Source of the DNA: Pseudomonadota bacterium
GTDB taxonomy: Bacteria; Pseudomonadota; Alphaproteobacteria; Rhizobiales; Rhizobiaceae
Length of the DNA: 32,000 bases
Assembly: GCA_039191645.1 (NCBI GenBank)
Contig: JBCCXO010000007.1
Span: forward strand, 19,255 to 51,254
Direction: 5' to 3'
The notes under the pieces are model-generated. The model searched no databases. It saw only the letters and a program-made list of their open reading frames with translations, and had not been told where the DNA came from. A program made the translations under genes and the position numbers. Below, piece by piece: positions 1 to 9,542 of the stretch (the first letter of the stretch is position 1; each line of letters opens with the position of its first letter).

Positions 1-1
1 A

Positions 2-769
2 ATCGTGGGAAACATAGACGTAGCACAGGTCGTGCTCTACGCATTCTGGATCTTTTTTGCAGGTCTGATCTGGTATTTACAGTCAGAGAGCCGCCGCGAG
101 GGGTATCCGCTGGAAAGTGACCTTGAAGGTAAATACAATCACGATCCGTGGATCCAACTACCAAGCCCGAAAACCTTTAAGCTCCCGCACGGACGAGGAG
201 AGCGTACCTACCCCAACCCGGAAAACCGCGACACTCGAAAAGTAAAAGCCGAAAGAGCGAGCCCATATCCCGGCTCCCCTCTCATCCCAACCGGTAACCC
301 GCTTGTTGACGGCGTTGGACCTGCTGCATGGGCTGAACGTCCGGACTACCCGGACCTTGATCCACATGGACATCCGGCGATCCAACCCATGAGCGTTGCT
401 ACCCAGTACAAAGTAGCTGCGCAAGATATCGATCCGATTGGCTTGGAGGTTCGTGCAGCAGATGGCGAAATAGCTGGGGTCGTTTCAGACATCTGGGTGG
501 ATACAATGGAATCGCTCATCCGCTATTATCAGGTCAAAGACGGCAAACGAGAATTCTTGGTACCGATGCACTTTGCCTTACTAAGAGAAAAACTGCGCGG
601 CAGGGACAAGGAACTTTATGTTCACGCGCTGGTCTCCGGGCAGTTCGATAAAATTCCGAAAACGGCATCAAAAAAGCAAATCACCATGCTGGAAGAGGAA
701 AAAATCCAAGCCTACTTCGGTGGTGGATGCCTGTATGCAACACCGGAACGTCAGGAGCCCTTACTGTGA
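2..769 (+). CDS. puhA: Photosynthetic reaction center H subunit, 5' end truncated by window
   Basis: Translation has the H-subunit hallmarks (DVAQVVLYAFWIFFAGLIWYLQSESRREGYPLE, KTFKLPHGRGE, PTGNPLVDGVGPAAW, IAGVVSDIWVD). The reading frame is open to the window edge and the listed GTG at 5 lies inside the conserved N-terminus, so the true start is upstream. Confidence 0.97.
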   Translation: MVGNIDVAQVVLYAFWIFFAGLIWYLQSESRREGYPLESDLEGKYNHDPWIQLPSPKTFKLPHGRGERTYPNPENRDTRKVKAERASPYPGSPLIPTGNPLVDGVGPAAWAERPDYPDLDPHGHPAIQPMSVATQYKVAAQDIDPIGLEVRAADGEIAGVVSDIWVDTMESLIRYYQVKDGKREFLVPMHFALLREKLRGRDKELYVHALVSGQFDKIPKTASKKQITMLEEEKIQAYFGGGCLYATPERQEPLL

Positions 770-1446
770 GTAGCGACGACTTCGAAACTGAACCTATTCC
801 GGGTCTCCCTGCCCATTTGCCTGAAGGCGAGCATATTGTCTGGCAGGGCTACCCGGATGAACGAACTGTTGCCAGGAAGCTCTTACACGAGCGGAAAATC
901 ATGGCTTATTTCGTAGTTTTGATTGCTTGGAAATTTGGTACCGGCTTGTATGACGGCGAGACTGTACTTCAGTCCTTGTACGTCGCTTCAAGCTTGGCCT
1001 TAGGCGCACTGATCGTGTTTACCCTAATTCGTTGGTATGCAAGGGCGATCCGTAAGTCGACCATCTATACCCTGACAAACAAACGGGTGGTGATGCGGTT
1101 TGGCGTTGCTTTACCGGTCACGTTCAACTTTCCCTTCAAGCAGATAACAGAAGCAAATTTCAAGACAATCGCCGATGACAAAGGAACAATCTCGCTTGGA
1201 CTGACTGAACACACAAAGATATCCTGGCTGATCCTTTGGCCACACGTGCGCCCTTGGATGATTTCCCGCCCTCAACCCGCGATGCGAATGGTGCGAAATG
1301 TCGATCAGGTTGCAGCGTTGTTGAGCAAGGAACTCCATGCATTTCATAGTTCGCAAAGTCCAACGGTCCGCGTCATCAAGACTGATCCCGCTCAGCAAGG
1401 GCCTGAACCAACGCCTGCAATCGAATTTGAAAAACAAGGAGCTTAA
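766..1446 (+). CDS. puhB: Photosynthetic complex assembly protein PuhB
   Basis: Follows puhA; membrane protein with EHIVWQGYPDERTVARKLLHERKIMAYF and TLTNKRVVMRFGVALP. Start placed at GTG 766 (GTGA overlap with the puhA stop, AGGAG at 753-757) rather than 727. Confidence 0.93.
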   Translation: MSSDDFETEPIPGLPAHLPEGEHIVWQGYPDERTVARKLLHERKIMAYFVVLIAWKFGTGLYDGETVLQSLYVASSLALGALIVFTLIRWYARAIRKSTIYTLTNKRVVMRFGVALPVTFNFPFKQITEANFKTIADDKGTISLGLTEHTKISWLILWPHVRPWMISRPQPAMRMVRNVDQVAALLSKELHAFHSSQSPTVRVIKTDPAQQGPEPTPAIEFEKQGA

Positions 1447-1448
1447 TC

Positions 1449-1925
1449 GTGAAAGAGCAGTCAACAGCAGAAATTACCGGCATTCACAAATGGCCTCTTT
1501 TGGGCGCCTTTGGGGTGGTGGTTTTTGCTGTTCTGCTAGTGATTGGTTCTGTGGTGAGCGGCGTTGAGCCTGTTGGATTTGCCAGCTCGCCCGTCGTGAC
1601 CGAGCGCAGCCTGCTTTTCCGGGACGGGAAAAATGGAGAGGTCATGGTGTTTGATGCGATAAGCCGTCAACCTCTTGCAAAGTTCGAAAAAGGCGAAGGC
1701 GCATTTGTTCGCATTTCAATGCGTGGCATGGCACGCCAACGCATCAGCCGTGAATTGGATCTTATGTCCCCCTACCGCTTGATAAAAACGGAGAACGGGA
1801 ACCTGTATATCCAAGATCCTCAGAGCAAACAAAAGATCCGGATCAATGCATTTGGCCCAGTGGCCACCAAAAGTTTCAACCAGTTTCTTAACCGTGATTA
1901 TTCTGAAAAGGGAGCCAAAGGATGA
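1449..1925 (+). CDS. puhC: Photosynthetic complex assembly protein PuhC
   Basis: 158 aa with one N-terminal TM helix; position puhA-B-C; motifs RSLLFRDGKNGEVMVFDA and GEGAFVRISMRGMARQR. Confidence 0.92.
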   Translation: MKEQSTAEITGIHKWPLLGAFGVVVFAVLLVIGSVVSGVEPVGFASSPVVTERSLLFRDGKNGEVMVFDAISRQPLAKFEKGEGAFVRISMRGMARQRISRELDLMSPYRLIKTENGNLYIQDPQSKQKIRINAFGPVATKSFNQFLNRDYSEKGAKG

Positions 1926-2224
1926 TCAAAAAACTAATGGGGAGACCCAAAACCTTAGATGTCGACTGTACAGTCGAAATCGTAAACACGTTCGAAAGCC
2001 TGGAAGCACACGTCCGTTTCAATGACGGCACGACTGTATTCCCCGGTGACGAAGTACTTGTACATGGAAAGCCAATAGAAGTGCCCTATGGGGAACATCA
2101 AAGCTTTGAACGCAGGGCAACCATTACCAGAGCTGGACCTGTAGAGCGTCTTTGGACCCGTGCTACAGGCGATTTTGAATTCATGGAACTGTGTGAATTC
2201 AGCTTTTCGGAGGAAAGACTATGA
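1922..2224 (+). CDS. Small conserved-position hypothetical protein between puhC and acsF
   Basis: 100 aa, ATGA overlaps with both puhC (1922) and acsF (2221), indicating translational coupling. Confidence 0.85.
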   Translation: MIKKLMGRPKTLDVDCTVEIVNTFESLEAHVRFNDGTTVFPGDEVLVHGKPIEVPYGEHQSFERRATITRAGPVERLWTRATGDFEFMELCEFSFSEERL

Positions 2225-3315
2225 ACGTACATTCTACAGAAGTTCGCAAATCACGTCCAATTAATCTGGACGCGCAAAATCAGACTACGAAAGCTGCTCA
2301 CGAAACGACGCTTCTAAATCCCAGGTTCTACACCACCGATTTCGATAAGCTGGACAAAACAGATATTTCTTCTGTCCGCGAAGAATGGGATAAATTGATT
2401 GCAGAAATGCGCGATGATCCGAATAAGGGGCATTTCCGTCGCAATGAAGAATGGGATGACGTGGACCTTGATGCTTATCCAGAAGAATTGCGCAAGGAGT
2501 TGGTGGATTTCCTTGTCAGCTCGTTAACCGCAGAATTCTCAGGTTGCGTCTTGTACAAAGAAATGAAACGCCGAGGAACAAATCCGGACATAAAGGAGCT
2601 GTTTTCCTATATGAGCCGCGATGAAGCACGGCATGCCGGTTTTATCAATGACTCACTCAAAGACTTCAACATCGGAGTGAATCTAGGCTTTTTGACAAAG
2701 GCAAAGAAGTACACCTACTTCCAGCCGAAGTTTATTTTCTATGCAACCTACCTGTCTGAGAAAATCGGCTATGCCCGGTACATCACCATTTTCAGACATT
2801 TGCAAAAGCACCCGGAAAACCGGTTCCACCCGATTTTCAAATGGTTCAAGGAGTGGTGCAACGACGAGTTTCGCCATGGCGAAGCCTTCTCGTTACTGAT
2901 GCGAGCAGACCCAAAACTTCTGTCTGGACGTAACATTTACTGGATAAGGTTTTTCTTATGCGCGGTTTACGCAACAATGTATGTGCGGGACCATGACCGT
3001 CCAGAGTTTCACAAGGCGCTCGATATTGACATAGAAGACTACGACTACCGCGTCTTCGCAACGACCAATGAAATCTCAAAGCAGTGTTTTCCAATTGTTT
3101 TGGATATCGACAATCCGTCATTCCGAAAAATAATGAAAAAACTGAACAAGATATCAATGGGCATGAACGATGCGCAAAGACGTGGAGGCATTTGGGGTCG
3201 CATCAAGAAAACGGCTTTGGGCGCTGCAGCTGCCGCACAATTTGTCCGGCTCTATATGGTCCCGGTCAAGAAAAACGTCATTCCGGAAACAAGTCGATTG
3301 CAGCCGGTCTGGTAG
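2221..3315 (+). CDS. acsF: Magnesium-protoporphyrin IX monomethyl ester (oxidative) cyclase
   Basis: 364 aa; [63 protein letters not shown] diiron motifs. Confidence 0.97.
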   Translation: MNVHSTEVRKSRPINLDAQNQTTKAAHETTLLNPRFYTTDFDKLDKTDISSVREEWDKLIAEMRDDPNKGHFRRNEEWDDVDLDAYPEELRKELVDFLVSSLTAEFSGCVLYKEMKRRGTNPDIKELFSYMSRDEARHAGFINDSLKDFNIGVNLGFLTKAKKYTYFQPKFIFYATYLSEKIGYARYITIFRHLQKHPENRFHPIFKWFKEWCNDEFRHGEAFSLLMRADPKLLSGRNIYWIRFFLCAVYATMYVRDHDRPEFHKALDIDIEDYDYRVFATTNEISKQCFPIVLDIDNPSFRKIMKKLNKISMGMNDAQRRGGIWGRIKKTALGAAAAAQFVRLYMVPVKKNVIPETSRLQPVW

Positions 3316-3328
3316 AAAGGAAAAGTAC

Positions 3329-4144
3329 GTGTCATCAATGCTCGCACCTGTCCTGTTTGTTATCTTTATTTGGTGGGCCTCAACCGGCGCTGTGTTATGG
3401 CTAGCGCAGGCGCTCGACAAACAGATGCATTCCAGGCTTTTGTTGATGACCTTTTTCTGCGCACTGGGTTTTGCTGGCTTGATTATAGCAAGTTCGCATG
3501 CCACCGTTTGGTCGGTTTACTTGGCCTTTGCGTCTGCAATCCTGATATGGGGCTGGATAGAGTTTACCTTGCTCTCAGGCCTCATTACAGGCAGCGAAGT
3601 CAAACCTTGCCCACCAAACATCAGCGAGACCCGGCGTTTCTGGTTAGCGTTTAAAACCATTTGCTACCATGAATACGTCCTACTGGCGGCAATGTGCGTC
3701 CTTGCCGTCATCGATTCAACGGCCGGAAGCGGCATGACCATTAAGACGTTTGCGTTGCTTTGGTTCATGAGGCTGGGCGCAAAGCTCACCATCTTTTCGG
3801 GAGTACCAAAACTTTCGACCAACATGATGCCAGATCGTCTTGCCTACATGAAAACCTACTTCCGGGAAGATCGTATTGGCATCGGGTTTTGGGTTTCAGT
3901 CTCGTGTTCAAGCGTGTTCCTCATGGCAGGGCTCTACGCGCTTATGACAATGGACTATTCTACAGTGGCACAGACGCAGATCATAATGCTGATTACACTG
4001 GTCAGCCTGGCCCTGCTTGAGCACGCGTTTATGATCTTACCTTTTTCAGACAGCAAACTTTGGCGGTGGGCTATGCCGAAAGAGAAAACCAACTTGGACG
4101 ACACTTATCAAGATAAAGACCAATTAACCGCCGGCCAGAATTAA
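3329..4144 (+). CDS. puhE: Photosynthetic complex assembly protein PuhE (DUF3623-type membrane protein)
   Basis: Polytopic protein between acsF and hemA; [15 protein letters not shown]. Start placed at GTG 3329 after GAAAGGAA; the ORF-track start 3170 would lie inside acsF. Confidence 0.88.
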   Translation: MSSMLAPVLFVIFIWWASTGAVLWLAQALDKQMHSRLLLMTFFCALGFAGLIIASSHATVWSVYLAFASAILIWGWIEFTLLSGLITGSEVKPCPPNISETRRFWLAFKTICYHEYVLLAAMCVLAVIDSTAGSGMTIKTFALLWFMRLGAKLTIFSGVPKLSTNMMPDRLAYMKTYFREDRIGIGFWVSVSCSSVFLMAGLYALMTMDYSTVAQTQIIMLITLVSLALLEHAFMILPFSDSKLWRWAMPKEKTNLDDTYQDKDQLTAGQN

Positions 4145-4161
4145 TGCATAGGGAGCATGTT

Positions 4162-5376
4162 ATGGATTTTGAGAAACACTTCGAAGAGCAGCTGGGTACG
4201 CTGAAAGAGGCCGGCAATTATCGGGTCTTTGCTGATCTGGAACGCAAATGTGGACAGTTCCCCAAAGCAAATCGTTATGGAGACGAAAACGTTGCCGAGG
4301 TAACCGTCTGGTGCTCTAATGACTATCTGGGCATGGGTCAAAATCCGATAACAATGGAAGCGATGAAATCGGCTATCGATAAATGTGGAGCCGGTGCAGG
4401 TGGTACACGAAATATTTCCGGCACAAACCACTATCACATTTTACTCGAACGCGAACTTGCTGATCTACACAATAAGGAAGCTGCACTTCTGTTGACATCA
4501 GGTTACGTAGCAAACTGGGCAGCGCTAAGCACCTTGGGTTCCCGGTTGCCGAATGCGGTGATCCTGTCTGATGCAGACAACCACGCTTCCATGATTGAAG
4601 GCATTCGGCACAGTCGCTCTGCAAAGGCAATCTGGAAACACAATGATGTCGAAGACTTGGCGAAGAAACTTGCAGACACCGATCCTGACGCTGCCAAAAT
4701 TGTGGCATTCGAGTCTGTATACTCAATGGATGGGGACATTGCTCCGATTGCAGAGATTTGCGACGTGGCCGAACAATTCGGAGCCATGACATATCTCGAC
4801 GAAGTTCATGCCGTAGGACTTTATGGACCGCGGGGTGGCGGAGTGGCTGAACGCGAAGGATTGATGGATCGATTGACTGTCATTCAGGGAACGCTTGGCA
4901 AGGCATATGGCGTCATGGGCGGTTATATCACTGGGTCAACCAATCTGATTGATTTTGTTCGGTCATTTGCCTCTGGGTTTATTTTCTCAACGGCATTACC
5001 GCCGGCATTGGCAGCAGGTGCAGCAGCCTCGATCAAACATCTCAAAACCAGCGAAATCGAACGCCAGAAACAACGACGCAATGTCCGCATCTTGCGCGAG
5101 AAATTGGATGCCGTTGGCGTCCCGCACATGCACAATTCAAGCCACATTGTTCCGGTCATGGTCAAAGATGCTAAAAAGTGCAAATACCTGTCAGACTTGC
5201 TACTGGATCAGTTCGGAATATATGTTCAGCCAATCAACTACCCAACCGTTCCGGTGGGTACGGAACGCCTGCGTATTACCCCCTCCCCCGTCCACTCGGA
5301 AGAGGATATAGATTATCTGGTAAATGCGCTGTCAGAACTGTGGTCACAATGCGCCTTGGCGAGAGCTGCAGCTTAG
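4162..5376 (+). CDS. hemA: 5-aminolevulinate synthase
   Basis: [65 protein letters not shown]. Start ATG 4162 preceded by GGGAG; an in-frame ATG at 4144 also exists. Confidence 0.97.
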   Translation: MDFEKHFEEQLGTLKEAGNYRVFADLERKCGQFPKANRYGDENVAEVTVWCSNDYLGMGQNPITMEAMKSAIDKCGAGAGGTRNISGTNHYHILLERELADLHNKEAALLLTSGYVANWAALSTLGSRLPNAVILSDADNHASMIEGIRHSRSAKAIWKHNDVEDLAKKLADTDPDAAKIVAFESVYSMDGDIAPIAEICDVAEQFGAMTYLDEVHAVGLYGPRGGGVAEREGLMDRLTVIQGTLGKAYGVMGGYITGSTNLIDFVRSFASGFIFSTALPPALAAGAAASIKHLKTSEIERQKQRRNVRILREKLDAVGVPHMHNSSHIVPVMVKDAKKCKYLSDLLLDQFGIYVQPINYPTVPVGTERLRITPSPVHSEEDIDYLVNALSELWSQCALARAAA

Positions 5377-5390
5377 ATCGAAGGACTGTT

Positions 5391-5996
5391 ATGCTGGACG
5401 AAATTCTGTATCTGACCCCTGACGCTGAAGAGGCCCAAAGGGAATGCCTGGAACCCTCCATTGAGATACCAGCTTCAGACCCGCCTATTATGATCCCCGG
5501 CATTGCCCCGGATGGCAGTCTCTATCCCATAGAGAAAATAAAGGCGCATCTGGAAGGGGTGCACCATCTTGCTTTGTCGGTCTTTGTCTTTGATGGCGAT
5601 GAACTGTTAATTCAACAACGTGCCCTGGGGAAATATCATTGCGGTGGACAATGGGCAAATACATGCTGCACGCATCCTCTCATGAATGAAGATCCGAAAG
5701 CAGCAGCCATGCGCCGTCTTACAGAGGAACTGGGTTTCTCACTGCCGCTTGAGGAAAAACGCATTGTCGAATACTCAGCAGACGTGGGCAATGGTCTTTG
5801 GGAACGTGAACGGGTCCACATGTTTCGAGCAGATGTTAGTAAATCCGATCTCGAGATAAATCCAAACCCCGAAGAAGTGCGCGCAACCCGCTGGATTACT
5901 GCAAAGACCCTACAGCAGGAACTAATGGAAAAACCGGAAGATTACACCCCGTGGTTTCGCATCTACATGACCCGGTTTCCTGGATTCGAGTTCTAG
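5391..5996 (+). CDS. idi: Isopentenyl-diphosphate delta-isomerase (type 1, Nudix)
   Basis: HHLALSVFVFDGDELLIQQRALGKYHCGGQWANTCCTHP and GLWERERVHMFRA. Start ATG 5391 after AAGGA. Confidence 0.94.
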   Translation: MLDEILYLTPDAEEAQRECLEPSIEIPASDPPIMIPGIAPDGSLYPIEKIKAHLEGVHHLALSVFVFDGDELLIQQRALGKYHCGGQWANTCCTHPLMNEDPKAAAMRRLTEELGFSLPLEEKRIVEYSADVGNGLWERERVHMFRADVSKSDLEINPNPEEVRATRWITAKTLQQELMEKPEDYTPWFRIYMTRFPGFEF

Positions 5997-6005
5997 GATC
6001 AATTC

Positions 6006-6614
6006 CTAAAATTTGCCCAAAACGAGCTTCTTCATCCCAAACGAATTTGGCAGAAGTTGCGGAACATTTTGCTGATACATCCGATATTCCTCGCCAAATC
6101 TTTCCAACAGATCCTTTTCTTCTATCTGAACAATGACCCACATACCGACAAACGAGATCAGGCCCATCCAATAAGCACCAGAATAATTGCTCATCAAGCA
6201 CCAACCTATGATACCAACAAGCACCATCAGATAACGTGGATGCCGTACCAATGAAAACGGACCTGTTGTGATCAAAGCGATCGGTTGATTTGTGACTTCC
6301 GGTATTCCCGCAAAAGTCTTAAAATCCAGATGCTGTTTGATGGGTTTCCATAAACGCCACGACATCAAATAGATCAGGCAACCCGCAATAAAGAGCGGCC
6401 AGAACAACCCAAGGTCGGTGCCAATCAAGGTGGCTCGCAGTTTGATTGAAACCGCTACAACAATCACAATGAACGTTCCAGCGACCCAATAGGCACGCAT
6501 GATGGGGCGCTTGCGCCAATACCTGGCACCCAAATGAATCACCAACCAGAAGGTGATGACAACCGGCATGATCACAATCAAAATCAGTGCCAGACTGTAC
6601 CTGAATTCGTCCAT
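6006..6614 (-). CDS. Isoprenylcysteine carboxyl methyltransferase/PEMT-like integral membrane methyltransferase
   Basis: Multi-TM protein with C-terminal GPFSLVRHPRYLMVLV...EEKDLLERFGEEYRMYQQNVPQLLP, typical of the ICMT/PEMT superfamily. Confidence 0.8.
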   Translation of the reverse strand: MDEFRYSLALILIVIMPVVITFWLVIHLGARYWRKRPIMRAYWVAGTFIVIVVAVSIKLRATLIGTDLGLFWPLFIAGCLIYLMSWRLWKPIKQHLDFKTFAGIPEVTNQPIALITTGPFSLVRHPRYLMVLVGIIGWCLMSNYSGAYWMGLISFVGMWVIVQIEEKDLLERFGEEYRMYQQNVPQLLPNSFGMKKLVLGKF

Positions 6615-6690
6615 ATCGCCTTTACTCTAAATCTGTCTGATGGTACATTTTTGCAATCAAAAATTCAATCGATTCAGATATTTACGTCTA

Positions 6691-7023
6691 ATGCCGGATC
6701 CTACTATTCAGCAAGTTATAGATGGAATGCCATCCCGATATAACCCCAGTGCTATCAAAGGTCTGAAAGCTGTATTGCAGTTCATTTTAAGTGGTGATGA
6801 CCCGGTAAAATTTCATGCCATCATCGATAATGAAGAATGCAAAACAGCAGATGGTGTGCATGATAATCCCACGCTAACCCTCAAAATGTCCTCCAATACC
6901 TATCTGGATTTAGTGATGGGTAGACTTACGGGCCAACAAGCATTTTTCCTGCGCAAAATGCATATGGAGGGCTCCATGTCATTGGCAACCAAACTCCATA
7001 ATGTCTTCATCGCACTAAAATAG
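6691..7023 (+). CDS. SCP2 sterol-binding-domain-like protein
   Basis: 110 aa MPDPTIQQVIDGMPSRYNPSAIKGLKAVLQFILSG...NPTLTLKMSSNTYLDLVMGRLTGQQAFFLRKMHMEGSMSLATKL; the 'dp.ltl.ms...l..l..G.l....A...gk..veGd...a.kl' pattern is SCP2-like. Confidence 0.78.
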   Translation: MPDPTIQQVIDGMPSRYNPSAIKGLKAVLQFILSGDDPVKFHAIIDNEECKTADGVHDNPTLTLKMSSNTYLDLVMGRLTGQQAFFLRKMHMEGSMSLATKLHNVFIALK

Positions 7024-7034
7024 AGCGCTCTTTC

Positions 7035-7067
7035 AAAAAAAAGGGCATCGCGAAGATGCCCTCTTTT
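7035..7067. terminator. Bidirectional rho-independent terminator between the SCP2 gene and pufM
   Basis: A-tract (7035-7042), stem GGGCATC (7043-7049), loop GCGAA, stem GATGCCC (7055-7061), then TCTTTT. U-tracts are produced in both orientations between convergent genes. Confidence 0.9.
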
Positions 7068-7090
7068 GTTGCCTCATTTTTTACATCCAT

Positions 7091-8035
7091 CTAACGGATA
7101 TTCGTACCGCTTTCATGCAACACACCATGTTTGATAGCCCATGCAGACCAGTCATCGACAACGGTGCCGGTCAGAAGGATGCCAATGCCGCCCGTCAAAG
7201 TGGTCAACATGGCAAACCACCAGGCCCAACGGTGGATAGATTCCATGGTCGCATTAAAGCCCATGGTCCAACGCCAGAATAAGGCTGCCCGTTCTGAAGC
7301 CGTACCGCGGTTCGTAATCTGTTCAATTTCGCGGTCACCACCATAGCGACTGACGGCCAAAATCGTGGCACCATGCATTGCAAACAGCAGTGCCGAACCA
7401 TAAAGGAAAACGATCGAAAGAGCATGGAACGGATTGTAGAACAAGTTTCCATAAATCAGTGAGAAATTGTTGGTCCAATCAAGGTGCGAGAAAATCCCAT
7501 ATGGAACCGCATGGGACCAACTCCCCATCAACAGCGGTCTGATAAATCCCAGTACAAGGAACAGAAAGATTGCAGACGCAAATGCGATGGGAACATGCAT
7601 ACCAAGACCCAATGACTTAGCCCTGCGATATGTCCTCAACCACCAGGTCAAGACGCTGACTGTAATGAAAAACCCGGCAATCATAAACCATCCGCCCTCG
7701 TTCAAAGGGGGCAGCACCTTCAAACCATACTTTTCAGGTGGCGGGTCAAGGGAAAGCCAGAACAACTGACGCACAAACTGGACCGGATCCCAATCAACCT
7801 GGGCCCAAAAGTTCAACCCAATGATGTTAAACCCAATGAGGAAAGTAACAATCGAAATTAACCCAAGCGTTCCAAGGTAAAAGGGGCCGATCTGCGCATT
7901 GCCAAACTTACCAATCCAATAGTTCAGCGAGCCTTTGCCCAGCCTCTTTTCGTCGCCTCGTGGGAGTGGAATTCCCTCGGAGACTGGACCTTGAACCTGT
8001 ATGGCGGTGAAGATGTTTTGGTATTCTTTTAGCAT
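7091..8035 (-). CDS. pufM: Photosynthetic reaction center M subunit
   Basis: [94 protein letters not shown]; RBS AGGAGGAG. Confidence 0.98.
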   Translation of the reverse strand: MLKEYQNIFTAIQVQGPVSEGIPLPRGDEKRLGKGSLNYWIGKFGNAQIGPFYLGTLGLISIVTFLIGFNIIGLNFWAQVDWDPVQFVRQLFWLSLDPPPEKYGLKVLPPLNEGGWFMIAGFFITVSVLTWWLRTYRRAKSLGLGMHVPIAFASAIFLFLVLGFIRPLLMGSWSHAVPYGIFSHLDWTNNFSLIYGNLFYNPFHALSIVFLYGSALLFAMHGATILAVSRYGGDREIEQITNRGTASERAALFWRWTMGFNATMESIHRWAWWFAMLTTLTGGIGILLTGTVVDDWSAWAIKHGVLHESGTNIR

Positions 8036-8046
8036 TTCATCTCCTC

Positions 8047-8940
8047 CTATTCGTCGAGATATGGCAGATCGCCGATTTCACGGACCAAATCTTCCTGCGG
8101 GAAGACCGGCAGTTCGAGCCACCAAGTCCACCATTCAGACCACGCATCTTCCCAAAGTGGACCAGATATGATGATACAAATCGCACTCCAAAAACCCGCA
8201 TTAAGTGCCAGGAAAAGTCCCAGGCGGTGGATACCCAAAGTGCCCACTGAATACCCAATAAAATCGCGGAAGTAGGTATCTTCGTGTTCCGGCGTTTTAA
8301 CCTCCTGGCCCTTTCCGGGATTAGTCGAGGAAAGGATCAGACCGCCATGCAATGCCAATGCCAACGTGGTTGTAAAGAAGAACGTGATGGCGATCATGTG
8401 CGCCGGGTTGTAGTGAAAATTACCGTATGTGTAGCCAACATTATTCACCCATTCCAAGTGCGAATAAATGCCATAGGGGAAGCCGTGCGACCAACCCGAT
8501 TCTCCACCCTCCACGATATACATCGCTATGGGTCGGAAAATGTTGAGGGTAACAAAAGCGAAAATAGCGACACTAAAGGCAAAAGGCACATGGTACCCCA
8601 TGCCAAGTTTTCGACAAATCTCCACTTCCCTGAGAGCCCAACTTATAAAGGCCCCCGTCGCGCAGAAAGTTATGATCTGCCAAAGCCCACCTGCCTCCAT
8701 CGGCGCAAGACCTAGACCGTATTCAGCCTCCGGCGGGCTAATATTGATTTGCCAGACATTCCACGTAGGCCCCAGGGCTGCACCATAAATGATCAGAGCG
8801 GTGCCAAGGGTTGCAAAGAAAATGGTCGTGACCCCAAAGAAACCGACGTAAAATGGGCCTGCCCAAAAATCGAACAGATCACCCCCAAGCAATGTGCCTC
8901 CGCGGACACGGTATTTTCGTTCGAAACTTAATAAGGCCAT
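8047..8940 (-). CDS. pufL: Photosynthetic reaction center L subunit
   Basis: [90 protein letters not shown]. Confidence 0.99.
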   Translation of the reverse strand: MALLSFERKYRVRGGTLLGGDLFDFWAGPFYVGFFGVTTIFFATLGTALIIYGAALGPTWNVWQINISPPEAEYGLGLAPMEAGGLWQIITFCATGAFISWALREVEICRKLGMGYHVPFAFSVAIFAFVTLNIFRPIAMYIVEGGESGWSHGFPYGIYSHLEWVNNVGYTYGNFHYNPAHMIAITFFFTTTLALALHGGLILSSTNPGKGQEVKTPEHEDTYFRDFIGYSVGTLGIHRLGLFLALNAGFWSAICIIISGPLWEDAWSEWWTWWLELPVFPQEDLVREIGDLPYLDE

Positions 8941-8973
8941 GGGCCAATCTCCAAAATATCAAAAACTGTTTTT

Positions 8974-9001
8974 TCGGCAGGCAAGTTGCCCTGCCTGCCG
9001 A
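8974..9001 (-). promoter_or_regulatory. Intercistronic mRNA hairpin between pufA and pufL
   Basis: Perfect 10-bp stem TCGGCAGGCA / TGCCTGCCGA with 8-nt loop, 15 nt after the pufA stop, no U-tract in the puf direction. Confidence 0.85.
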
Positions 9002-9016
9002 TATGACTGGATCGCA

Positions 9017-9199
9017 TCAGGATATGAGACGTTCAATCGAAGCTTCGTCATTAAGTGACGAGATTTGATTGGTATCCAACCAGTTGTACCTGTCAGTGCT
9101 GAGCAGAATGAAATGAATCAAAACTGCAAGCGTAAACAGGAATACAGCGAGTGCCACCAGTACGCGGCGCGGGTCGAAAAAGAGCCAGATTTTATACAT
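9017..9199 (-). CDS. pufA: Light-harvesting LH1 alpha subunit
   Basis: [41 protein letters not shown]. Confidence 0.97.
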   Translation of the reverse strand: MYKIWLFFDPRRVLVALAVFLFTLAVLIHFILLSTDRYNWLDTNQISSLNDEASIERLIS

Positions 9200-9212
9200 G
9201 GTTCAAATCTCC

Positions 9213-9428
9213 CTACCCTATGAATGGAAGTCTTAGGAGCGGATCAACTAAGCTTGAAACACTCTGACCACCATCGTAGTACAGCCACGGACGCCATAGA
9301 TGCACAAGAACATGCGCAGCAAAGGCCCATCCAGTGAAGAGAATAGTACTCTTCATGAATATCCGATGGAACTCACGGGCTTCAGCACTGGATAATCCAG
9401 TCATGGAGCCCCCTTCTTGACTAGCCAT
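9213..9428 (-). CDS. pufB: Light-harvesting LH1 beta subunit
   Basis: MTGLSSAEAREFHRIFMKSTILFTGWAFAAHVLVHLWRPW; RBS AGGAGG; long C-terminal extension. Confidence 0.96.
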   Translation of the reverse strand: MASQEGGSMTGLSSAEAREFHRIFMKSTILFTGWAFAAHVLVHLWRPWLYYDGGQSVSSLVDPLLRLPFIG

Positions 9429-9463
9429 AAATTAACCTCCTAGCCGTGCTTGCCTTTCGGCGA

Positions 9464-9505
9464 TCACCGCATTTCCCAGCGGCCGGGCTGGTTCAACCGA
9501 ACCAT
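9464..9505 (-). CDS. 13-codon micro-ORF between pufQ and pufB (MVRLNQPGRWEMR), pufK-like position
   Basis: ATG at 9505 preceded by GGAGG with 5-nt spacing; stop TGA at 9464-9466; a hairpin overlaps its start. Confidence 0.5.
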   Translation of the reverse strand: MVRLNQPGRWEMR

Positions 9506-9542
9506 GTATTCCTCCAGTGGTTAGGTGGAGAAATCTCGAAAA

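Noticed and set aside
3170-3328. N-terminal extension of puhE into acsF
   Set aside because: Out-of-frame with conserved acsF and basic/low-complexity; a GTG with SD at 3329 explains the start.
4373-4792. 139-aa antisense ORF and 94-aa ORF (4503-4787) within hemA
   Set aside because: Fully opposite the conserved catalytic region of ALA synthase; low-complexity Arg/Ser/Pro composition typical of spurious antisense frames.
5997-6005. Possible terminator TAGGA-TCAAT-TCCTA around the idi/methyltransferase junction
   Set aside because: Only a 5-bp weak stem with a short A/T run; not convincing as an intrinsic terminator.
6615-6690. TGTCTGATGGTACA in the methyltransferase/SCP2 promoter gap as a PpsR site
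   Set aside because: Spacing is N8, not N12, and no FNR-type TTGAT-N4-ATCAA is present; no support for either regulator.
8284-8715. 143-aa + strand ORF antisense to pufL (and 8528-8788, 8749-8931, 8853-9068)
   Set aside because: Lies wholly opposite the strongly supported pufL, has no recognisable domain, and is the mirror of codon structure in a conserved gene.
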